A stretch of DNA of 11,191 bases, the filler included, from an uncultured bacterium (lineage in GTDB: Bacteria > CAYJOG01), in assembly GCA_964371695.1 (NCBI GenBank). It is 7 parts of 7 records of this genome, joined end to end, with 100 filler letters (N's around TTAATTAATTAA, not from the genome) between each part and the next. Parts side by side here need not be neighbours in the genome. Positions count along the whole stretch, not along the records: positions 1 to 1,521 come from CAYJOG010000666.1; positions 1,622 to 3,141 come from CAYJOG010000667.1; positions 3,242 to 4,760 come from CAYJOG010000668.1; positions 4,861 to 6,377 come from CAYJOG010000669.1; positions 6,478 to 7,990 come from CAYJOG010000670.1; 2 more parts are not named here. One strand, written 5' to 3'. This document shows positions 1 through 6,517 of this stretch, in pieces. Below the pieces are notes generated by a model, which saw only the letters and a list, made by a program, of their open reading frames with translations, made no database searches and had not been told where the DNA came from. Made by a program: the position numbers and the translations under genes. Each line of letters starts with the position of its first letter. Positions within the stretch are counted from its first letter, which is position 1.

Positions 1-7
1 GTTTTGT

Positions 8-29
8 GCCGCCTGCGGCGGTTTTTATT
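8..29 (+). terminator. possible weak intrinsic terminator of an unseen upstream gene
   Basis: GCCG-CCTG-CGGC hairpin (8-19) followed by GGTTTTTATT. The stem is short and lies at the contig edge. Confidence 0.3.
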
Positions 30-31
30 CT

Positions 32-53
32 CCCGGCGAGACGCCGGGGCTAC
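32..53 (-). repeat. GTAG-type REP-like palindrome
   Basis: Minus strand reads GTAGCCCCGGCGTCTCGCCGGG: GTAG foot plus a 7-bp GC stem (CCCGGCG/CGCCGGG). Intergenic, and similar to the element at 7828-7853. Confidence 0.6.
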
Positions 54-114
54 CGCGCTTCCTTTCCCCCATTCCCGTTCCAAAAGACCCGTTTTGGCCA
101 TTGTCAATCTCCCT

Positions 115-143
115 TTGCCTCAGTCCGGTTATGTTGCTAGAAT
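115..143 (+). promoter_or_regulatory. sigma70-type promoter for rpsA
   Basis: TTGCCT (115-120), 17-nt spacer, TAGAAT (138-143), with extended -10 TG at 135-136. Lies 84 nt before the ATG at 228. Confidence 0.7.
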
Positions 144-153
144 CGTTCGCCAC

Positions 154-199
154 GCCTGAGGGTGAGGGGTGCGGCCAGGTGGCCAGCACCCAAACGGGC
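154..199 (+). promoter_or_regulatory. structured 5' leader of rpsA
   Basis: GGGTGC-GGCC-(AGGT)-GGCC-A-GCACCC hairpin at 167-191, possibly closed by GCCTG (154-158) pairing with CGGGC (195-199). Sits upstream of SD GGAGG at 212-216. Confidence 0.45.
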
Positions 200-227
200 A
201 CGGAAGGACTGGGAGGAACACGGCACC

Positions 228-1436
228 ATGAGTAACGGACCAACGGACAAGAGCCGCGAGCAGGCTCTTGAACAGCTGCCTACGATGGCTGAACTGCTCG
301 ATGAGCAGGAACAACAGGAATCCGGCAAAGGCCGACTGGTAGAGGGCATTGTCGCCAAGGTGGACGAGCAGTTCGCCTATGTGGACATCGGCCTGAAAAC
401 CGAGGGCGCTGTGCCCCTGACGGACTTTGAAGAGCCTGATCTGGTTGTGCCGGGCCTGAAGGTGGAAGTGATGGTGCTGCGCCGGGGCCGGGGCGGCGAT
501 GGTGAAGTGGAAGTCAGCAAGCGCCGGGCTGATCAGGTGCGCCTGTGGGACGAACTGAAAACCTGCCACGAGCAGGGCGCCAGCATCAGCGGCATTGTGC
601 GCAAGGCCATCAAGGGCGGCCTGCTGGTGGAAGTGGCCGCAGGCGTGGAGGGCTTTTTGCCCGCCTCGCTGGTGGACCTGAAACGGGTGGACAACCTGGA
701 CAAATACGTGGGCCAGGAAATCGAAGTGGAGATTCTCGAAGTTCACCACAAACCCCGCAAAAAAGTGGTGTTCAGCCGCAAAAGCGTGTTGCAGCGCGAG
801 CGCCGCGACAAGCGCGATTCTTTTCTGGACAAACTGAACGTGGGCGACACCGTGGTGGGCACTGTCAAAAGCGTGGCCCAGTTCGGCGCGTTTGTGGACA
901 TGGGCGAGGGTCTGCAGGGGCTGGTGCATATCAGCAACCTGTCGTGGTTTCCGGTGGAAGACCCCAAAGAAGTGGTGAAGGTGGGCGAAGAGGTCCACGC
1001 CAAGGTGATTCACCTGCGGCGCGAAGACGGCAAAATCTCCCTCAGCATCAAGGCCGCCATTGATAACCCCATGGTGCGCGCACGGGCGCTGTTTCCCATG
1101 GGCCAGAACGTGAAGGGCGCCGTCAAAAGCCAGACCAGCGCCGGTGTGACCGTGGCGCTGGATGAAAATTACGAAGGCTTCTGCCCCAGTGACCACTTGG
1201 CCCACGAAGACGAAGCGGTGCCGGTGCTGGCAGAGGGCCAGGAGCTGGACTGGCGCGTGATGGAAGTGCGCATGGACAATCCCATCATCAAGCTGAGTCT
1301 GCGCAAGGTGCGCGAACAGGAAGTCCGCGCCGAAACCGCCGAGGCGATGCTCAAGCAGAACGAAGACATCATCGACACCGGCTCACTCATGGGTGACGCC
1401 TTCAAGGCCGCCATGGAGCGCCAGAGCCAGACTTAA
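228..1436 (+). CDS. rpsA: 30S ribosomal protein S1, four S1 domains (402 aa)
   Basis: S1 repeats: AYVDIGLKTEGAVP, KGGLLVEV..GVEGFLPASLVD, FGAFVDMG.GLQGLVHISNLSW, GVTVALDENYEGFCP. ATG 228 preferred over GTG 162 because of GGAGG at 212-216 and the promoter position. ATG 285 is an alternative start. Confidence 0.93.
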   Translation: MSNGPTDKSREQALEQLPTMAELLDEQEQQESGKGRLVEGIVAKVDEQFAYVDIGLKTEGAVPLTDFEEPDLVVPGLKVEVMVLRRGRGGDGEVEVSKRRADQVRLWDELKTCHEQGASISGIVRKAIKGGLLVEVAAGVEGFLPASLVDLKRVDNLDKYVGQEIEVEILEVHHKPRKKVVFSRKSVLQRERRDKRDSFLDKLNVGDTVVGTVKSVAQFGAFVDMGEGLQGLVHISNLSWFPVEDPKEVVKVGEEVHAKVIHLRREDGKISLSIKAAIDNPMVRARALFPMGQNVKGAVKSQTSAGVTVALDENYEGFCPSDHLAHEDEAVPVLAEGQELDWRVMEVRMDNPIIKLSLRKVREQEVRAETAEAMLKQNEDIIDTGSLMGDAFKAAMERQSQT

Positions 1437-1445
1437 AGCCGGGCG

Positions 1446-1508
1446 GGGAGAGGGTAAAAGAAACGCCCGCCGCTCTTTACCCTCTCCCGTCGTCAGATGG
1501 GAGAGGGT
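1446..1508. repeat. three-arm inverted repeat of the CCCTCTCCC/GGGAGAGGG type downstream of rpsA
   Basis: GGGAGAGGGTAAA (1446-1458) is the exact reverse complement of TTTACCCTCTCCC (1476-1488). ACCCTCTCCC (1479-1488) also pairs with GGGAGAGGGT (1499-1508). No U-tract follows. Confidence 0.7.
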
Positions 1509-1521
1509 GGTATTGACCAAG

Positions 1522-1621
1522 NNNNNNNNNNNNNNNNNNNNNNNNNNNNNNNNNNNNNNNNNNNNTTAATTAATTAANNNNNNNNNNNNNNNNNNNNNNN
1601 NNNNNNNNNNNNNNNNNNNNN
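1522..1621. other. artificial contig spacer
   Basis: 44 N + TTAATTAATTAA (1566-1577, stops in all six frames) + 44 N. Confidence 0.99.
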
Positions 1622-1671
1622 CCACCAATCAGGCACTGAAGCGTTCTTCGCCAGGAATGAAAGGATGGAAC

Positions 1672-2091
1672 TCACTCACCGATGATTTTCACCAGCACAC
1701 GTTTTTTGCGGCGGCCATCAAACTCGCCATAAAAAATCTGCTCCCATGTGCCAAAGTCCAGTTTGCCGCCGCTGATGGCCACCACCACTTCGCGGCCCAT
1801 GACCTGGCGTTTCATGTGCGCATCGGCGTTGTCTTCGCCCGTGTCGTTGTGGCGATACTGGCTCACCGGTTCGTGGGGGGCCAGTTGTTCCAGCCACTTG
1901 GCGTAGTCTTTGTGCAGGCCGGGTTCGTCGTCGTTGATGAACACCGACGAGGTGATGTGCATGGAGTTCACCAGCACCAGACATTCTTTCAAGACGCTCT
2001 GGTGAATGCAATCCTGCACCTGGGGCGTGATATTGAGGAACCCCACCCGCGAGGGCACATGAAACGAAAGCTCCTGGCGGAAGGTTTTCAT
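1672..2091 (-). CDS. yjbQ: YjbQ family protein (secondary thiamine-phosphate synthase-like, UPF0047), 139 aa
   Basis: Motifs [49 protein letters not shown]. Starts 15 nt after the secF stop on the same strand. Confidence 0.92.
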   Translation of the reverse strand: MKTFRQELSFHVPSRVGFLNITPQVQDCIHQSVLKECLVLVNSMHITSSVFINDDEPGLHKDYAKWLEQLAPHEPVSQYRHNDTGEDNADAHMKRQVMGREVVVAISGGKLDFGTWEQIFYGEFDGRRKKRVLVKIIGE

Positions 2092-2106
2092 GCCGCCGCC
2101 TTTGCT

Positions 2107-3141
2107 TCAGCGCCGCCGGTGGCGCGGGGGCTGGCCCGCCGCAGATTGTGGCAGTTCCCTGGGGTTCACGGACTTGTCCAGACCAGCGGCGATTTCAGCA
2201 TCCGTCAGGCCCTCGCTTGACCCTTCGGCCCCAGCATGAGGGGTTTTGGGTTTCGCCCCGCCAAACACCAGTTGGTGGCTGATTTTGCCCCCATAACGTT
2301 TGTGGCGGCCCAGCCCCAGGGCAATGGCCGACGCGATGCAGATGGAGCTGTAGGCCCCGGTGGCGACACCCACAAGCAGCGAGCCGGAGAAGTCCCGCAG
2401 CGACGCACCGCCGAACAGGGTGATGGTGACCAGCACAATCACCACGGTGCCCACGGTGGTGATGGAGCGGCCCAGCACCTGATTGACACTGGTGTTGAAG
2501 ACTTCTTCGGCGCTCACGCGGCGCATGTGGCGGGCGTTTTCGCGGATGCGGTCGAAGATCACGATGGTGTCGTTCACCGAATAACCGATCACCACCAGCA
2601 TGGCCGCCACAAAGGGGCTGTTCACCTCAAAACGGAACAGCGCCATGCCCGTGAGCATCACGAACACGTCGTGGGCCAGGGCCGCCAGCGCACCAATGGA
2701 AAAAGCAGGTTCAAATTTCCACCACACATAAAAGAAAATCAGCAACGACGCCCAGAACACGGCATAGAGGGCTTTTTTCATGAGGGATTTGCCCACGATT
2801 GGCCCCACGCTGTCTTTCTGGAGAATCTGGAACTCGCCGGTGGCTTCTTCAAGTTCCTTCATCAGTTTGTCGGACTGCTGCTTTTTCATGAAGCCCAGGC
2901 GCAGGCTCACCCGGTGCCGGGGGCCTTCGCTGCCAGCAACAGACACCGCCTGAGCCTGACGGAACTTCACGCCGGTCTGTTTTGAAAAATCCGAAACCGT
3001 CTGGTTGATCTGGTCAATGTCCGGCTTTTTGTCATAACCCACCTGAATCACCGTGCCGGGGCTGAAGTCAATGCCCCAGTTGATGCCCACGGGGGCGGTG
3101 AAAGTCGGGTCGGCCAGGCGGCCCAGGGGTTCCAGCAGCAC
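2107..3141 (-). CDS. secF: protein translocase subunit SecF, 5'-truncated by the contig end
   Basis: WGIDF, VGP.VG..L, ALAHDV, GYSVNDTIVIFDRIREN, GRSITT, GAYSSICIA and several hydrophobic TM segments. The frame runs to the spacer, so a SecDF fusion cannot be excluded. Confidence 0.95.
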   Translation of the reverse strand: MLLEPLGRLADPTFTAPVGINWGIDFSPGTVIQVGYDKKPDIDQINQTVSDFSKQTGVKFRQAQAVSVAGSEGPRHRVSLRLGFMKKQQSDKLMKELEEATGEFQILQKDSVGPIVGKSLMKKALYAVFWASLLIFFYVWWKFEPAFSIGALAALAHDVFVMLTGMALFRFEVNSPFVAAMLVVIGYSVNDTIVIFDRIRENARHMRRVSAEEVFNTSVNQVLGRSITTVGTVVIVLVTITLFGGASLRDFSGSLLVGVATGAYSSICIASAIALGLGRHKRYGGKISHQLVFGGAKPKTPHAGAEGSSEGLTDAEIAAGLDKSVNPRELPQSAAGQPPRHRRR

Positions 3142-3241
3142 NNNNNNNNNNNNNNNNNNNNNNNNNNNNNNNNNNNNNNNNNNNNTTAATTAATTAANNN
3201 NNNNNNNNNNNNNNNNNNNNNNNNNNNNNNNNNNNNNNNNN
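3142..3241. other. artificial contig spacer
   Basis: 44 N + TTAATTAATTAA (3186-3197) + 44 N. Confidence 0.99.
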
Positions 3242-3242
3242 G

Positions 3243-4649
3243 GCTTGGCCCTGGGCCTATCACACGGTAGAGAGCCAGAAACCCCACGCCTGTCTTTCGG
3301 TGGACACCGTGATGGACGGCGACGACAAAGGCCCCCTCACTTATTTCCACGCGGTTTACAACGCCAGTTGCCCGGACTTTCGCCTGCGGGTGGTGCCCAG
3401 CAGCGACCGCCTGGGCCGCCCCCGCGACCCTGAGGAAATCGCCCGGCACGCCCAGGCCCTGCTGCTGGTGAACGGCGGTTATTTTGACGGCCAGGGGTAT
3501 CCCATCGGTGTGTGGCGGCAGAGGGGGGTGTTGCTGAGCACCGGGTCATTGGGGCGCAGCGCCGTGGTCTTGAACGATGGCCTGAACGACAGCCACCTGC
3601 GGTTTGACCGCCCCAAGGCCGCCATCAGCCTGCGTTACCGCTGCGCCGAAGAGCCGGGTGAGTTGAGCCTGAGCCGCGTAAACCAGCCGCCGCGCCCCGA
3701 CGGTTACAGCCTTTACACCCAGGTCACCCACAAGGGATTCACCCCCACCGATCACATCTTCGCTTTTGAAAACCACCCCTCCGCACTGCCGCCTTTTCTG
3801 GTGTCAGGAGATGAGTCGGGCTGGGGACCGGAACTGTGCCCGCAAAACACGGCCCTGCCCGCCGAAGACCCGCCGGAAGACGCCGAAGAAACAGGAAACG
3901 GCGCAAGTCCCCCCCTGCCCGAAACGGGTGAGGAAGGGGCGGATTTTGAATCTGAAACCGCAGAAGAAGCCGGCGAGGAACCCGAACCCGGAGAAACCGA
4001 AAACACCGAAACCGTCTCTGCCTCGCCCCCGGCGCTGATTCATCCGCTGCCCGTGAGTTATTCCGTCACCTACTATCCCGACGATCTGCAAAACGCACCC
4101 GACCTGCTGGAGGCCGGGCCTCGTCTGGTGCGGGGGGGTGTGGCCCGCACCGAGGCGGCCTATGAAAACTTTCAGACCGCCACTGGCCACTTCGGCCCCG
4201 GCCGCGCCCCGCGCACGGCGGTGGGTTATAACCCGCAGGCCGACCAGATTCATTTTCTGGTCATTTCAGGCCGCCACGACGAAAGCCGGGGGGCCACGTT
4301 GCAGGAAACCGCTGACCTGCTGCTGAGCCTGGGGGCCACCGAGGCCCTGAACCTGGACGGTGGCGGCAGCAGCGCCCTGGTGATTGAGGGCAAAAACGTG
4401 TCGTTTTCGCCGCTGCTGGGGGCGCGGCATTTCCGCAGGCCGGTGCCCAACGCCCTGGCGCTGGTGCCCGCCGGTTTTGAGCCGCCCCCGTGGGACGACG
4501 CCCGCGAGTTGAATCCCTATCTGGACATTGATGTGCCCCTGCTGCCCGATCTTTCGCCCCCCACCGATCCGCTGGAAAAAGCCCCGCCGTTGCCCGACCC
4601 CTTTGAGGGCCTCAAACCTGTCGAAGACCCCCAGTGGAAGGGGCCGTAG
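3243..4649 (+). CDS. phosphodiester glycosidase family protein (NAGPA/DUF2233-like), probably 5'-truncated
   Basis: Motifs VNGGYF, AGPRLV, RAPRTAVG, GR...SRGATLQE, EALNLDGGGSS, RPVPNAL. The frame is open from 3243 to the annotated GTG at 3300, so the true start is probably off-contig. Confidence 0.88.
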   Translation, partial: AWPWAYHTVESQKPHACLSVDTVMDGDDKGPLTYFHAVYNASCPDFRLRVVPSSDRLGRPRDPEEIARHAQALLLVNGGYFDGQGYPIGVWRQRGVLLSTGSLGRSAVVLNDGLNDSHLRFDRPKAAISLRYRCAEEPGELSLSRVNQPPRPDGYSLYTQVTHKGFTPTDHIFAFENHPSALPPFLVSGDESGWGPELCPQNTALPAEDPPEDAEETGNGASPPLPETGEEGADFESETAEEAGEEPEPGETENTETVSASPPALIHPLPVSYSVTYYPDDLQNAPDLLEAGPRLVRGGVARTEAAYENFQTATGHFGPGRAPRTAVGYNPQADQIHFLVISGRHDESRGATLQETADLLLSLGATEALNLDGGGSSALVIEGKNVSFSPLLGARHFRRPVPNALALVPAGFEPPPWDDARELNPYLDIDVPLLPDLSPPTDPLEKAPPLPDPFEGLKPVEDPQWKGP

Positions 4650-4674
4650 GGGTTCATTTGGTTAAAGATGAGGA

Positions 4675-4698
4675 GTAGGCGCGGTGTCCACACCGCAC
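4675..4698 (+). repeat. GTAG-type REP-like palindrome
   Basis: GTAG-GC-GCGGTG-TCCA-CACCGC-AC: GTAG foot plus a 6-bp stem, 25 nt after the stop codon and near the contig end. Confidence 0.55.
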
Positions 4699-4760
4699 GG
4701 GTGGTGGGGGGGGGGGGGCCGAGGCCCCCAGAAGCCCAAAGTTTTAATAATAATACTGGT

Positions 4761-4860
4761 NNNNNNNNNNNNNNNNNNNNNNNNNNNNNNNNNNNNNNNN
4801 NNNNTTAATTAATTAANNNNNNNNNNNNNNNNNNNNNNNNNNNNNNNNNNNNNNNNNNNN
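4761..4860. other. artificial contig spacer
   Basis: 44 N + TTAATTAATTAA (4805-4816) + 44 N. Confidence 0.99.
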
Positions 4861-4861
4861 G

Positions 4862-5854
4862 CTCTCTTATGGCCAGGAGGTGGCTCAGGCGGTGTTTGGC
4901 GGCGAGCCGGTGTATGCCAGCCAGATGGGGCCGTTTGAGGGGGCCATGGCCCAGGCGGGCCTCACGCCGGTGGCGGGCAAAAACCTGCGCCTGTGGTCTC
5001 GGATTTTCTCGTCGGTGCGGGGTGTGTTGTTCCCCGGCGGCGGCGTGTTTCAGGATGTCAGCAGCCTGGGGAGTGTGGGGCTTTATGCCACCTTGGCGAG
5101 CTTGGCCCGCCTGCGGGGCGCACGGGTGGGGGCCTATGGCCAGTCGTTGACGCCCTGGCGCACGGGGGTGGGCAAAAGTTTGGCGGCGGGGGCGTTTCGC
5201 CGCATGGATTTTGCCTGGTGGCGAGACGAACTCAGCTTGGTGCAGGCTCAAGCAATGGGCCTGTCGGGGGCACACCTGGGGCTTTGCGCCGACCCGGCCT
5301 GGGGGCTTCAGCCCCTGGCGCTCCACGCGGCCCCTGCGCGATTTATCGGTGTGAACCTGCGGCCCTGGGATGGTGTGCTGGGACTCATGGCGCCGCTTCA
5401 GGATTTTTTGGGAAAGCTGGAAGACCGGTTTGCGTGGCCGGTGACCGCCGTGGCGCTGAATGAAGAAGACGCCGCCGTGTTGTCTTCGCTGGATTTGCCC
5501 CGGAAGCTGGTGTATTCGCCGGATCAGTCCCCGGCGGCTTTTCTGGGACAACTGGCGGGACTCTCTGTTGCGGTGGGCATGCGTTATCACTTTTTGGTGT
5601 GCGCCGCCAAGGTGGGCGCGCCATTCTGGGCCATCAGTTATGACCAGAAAACAGACTCGTTGGCCAGGGAGTTGCAGCAGCCGGTGTGGGCCAGGGCAGA
5701 GGGGGGGCAGATGGTGGTGCAGGCCCCTTTGCTGCCTGCGGACCCGGCGTGGCTTCAGCATCAGAAAAAATTCACCCTGGCCTGCGAAGGTGTCAAAAGG
5801 CGTCACGGCGCCGCCCAAAAAGAAATGATGGAGCAATTGCGGCAATGGACATGA
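4862..5854 (+). CDS. csaB: polysaccharide pyruvyl transferase, CsaB-like, 5'-truncated
   Basis: GGGVFQDVSS..S..LY, YGQSLTP, WRDELS, ADPAW, IGVNLRPW, VGMRYHFLVCAA and AISYDQK match CsaB-family motifs. The N-terminal GYYG..N.GDE motif is absent and the frame is open to the contig edge. Confidence 0.85.
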   Translation, partial: LSYGQEVAQAVFGGEPVYASQMGPFEGAMAQAGLTPVAGKNLRLWSRIFSSVRGVLFPGGGVFQDVSSLGSVGLYATLASLARLRGARVGAYGQSLTPWRTGVGKSLAAGAFRRMDFAWWRDELSLVQAQAMGLSGAHLGLCADPAWGLQPLALHAAPARFIGVNLRPWDGVLGLMAPLQDFLGKLEDRFAWPVTAVALNEEDAAVLSSLDLPRKLVYSPDQSPAAFLGQLAGLSVAVGMRYHFLVCAAKVGAPFWAISYDQKTDSLARELQQPVWARAEGGQMVVQAPLLPADPAWLQHQKKFTLACEGVKRRHGAAQKEMMEQLRQWT

Positions 5855-6377
5855 ACCGACCCCTTCACACACTGGCCTGGGGGCCGGTGGCGTTTGTCAG
5901 TNNNNNNNNNNTACGAATCGTTCGCCCGCGCCATCACCACCAGCCCAAAAGGGGTGCGGGTGGTGACGGCCAACCCCGAAATGATTCTGCTGGCCCGGCG
6001 CGACGGGGTTTTTCGCCACGCTTTTGAAACGGCGGATTTCCGCACGGTAGATGGCGTGGGTCTGGCTTTTGTTCTGAAAAAAATCCACGGTGAGCCGGTG
6101 GCGTCTATCACGGGGGCGGACTTTTGCCAGTTTCTTTTTGAAGCATGGAAAGACAAACCCCTGTTTCTGCTGGGCAGCACACCCGAAAACGTGGCCGCCG
6201 CCGCTGAGGCGCTGAAGGCGCGGGGTGTGAATGTGGTGGGTGTGCAGGACGGTTTTTTTGGAGACGAGGACGAAAGCCGCGTGGCCGGGGCTATCCGCGC
6301 CAGCGGGGCGTGGTGGTTGCTGGTGGGCATGGGCGCGCCCCGGCAGGAGCTTTTTTTGCAGCGGCACCTGGAAACAA
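5851..6377 (+). CDS. tagA: WecB/TagA/CpsF family glycosyltransferase (GT26), 3'-truncated and spanning a 10-N gap
   Basis: VVTANPE, AD...DGVG, ITGADF, LFLLGS, QDGFF, LLVGMGAPRQE. ATG 5851 overlaps the csaB stop (ATGA). The first 17 codons are in a different frame, which the 10-N placeholder explains. Confidence 0.88.
5902..5911. other. intra-scaffold gap (10 N)
   Basis: Ten N without the TTAA linker, inside the tagA coding region. Confidence 0.95.
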
Positions 6378-6477
6378 NNNNNNNNNNNNNNNNNNNNNNN
6401 NNNNNNNNNNNNNNNNNNNNNTTAATTAATTAANNNNNNNNNNNNNNNNNNNNNNNNNNNNNNNNNNNNNNNNNNNN
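6378..6477. other. artificial contig spacer
   Basis: 44 N + TTAATTAATTAA (6422-6433) + 44 N. Confidence 0.99.
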
Positions 6478-6517
6478 AACCTGCACTGTAAAAAAAGACA
6501 TCAGAGCAAGAACGTCC

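Noticed and set aside
129..1205. 358-aa minus-strand ORF and other overlapping ORFs within rpsA
   Set aside because: Antisense or alternate-frame shadows of a well-supported gene in GC-rich DNA, with no recognisable motifs.
1622..1675. Start of a gene coupled to yjbQ (GTGA overlap, [18 protein letters not shown])
   Set aside because: Only 18 codons before the contig ends. Plausible but not supportable.
1657..2985. Plus-strand ORFs of 187 and 249 aa
   Set aside because: Antisense shadows of yjbQ and secF.
4701..4718. G-run as a phase-variation tract or G-quadruplex
   Set aside because: Intergenic, close to a contig end, with no visible target gene. Poly-G is a common sequencing artefact.
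4805..5872. 355-aa minus-strand ORF
   Set aside because: Antisense to csaB and terminates only in the artificial spacer.
5851..5912. Programmed frameshift or pseudogene in tagA
   Set aside because: The frame change coincides exactly with the 10-N scaffold placeholder.
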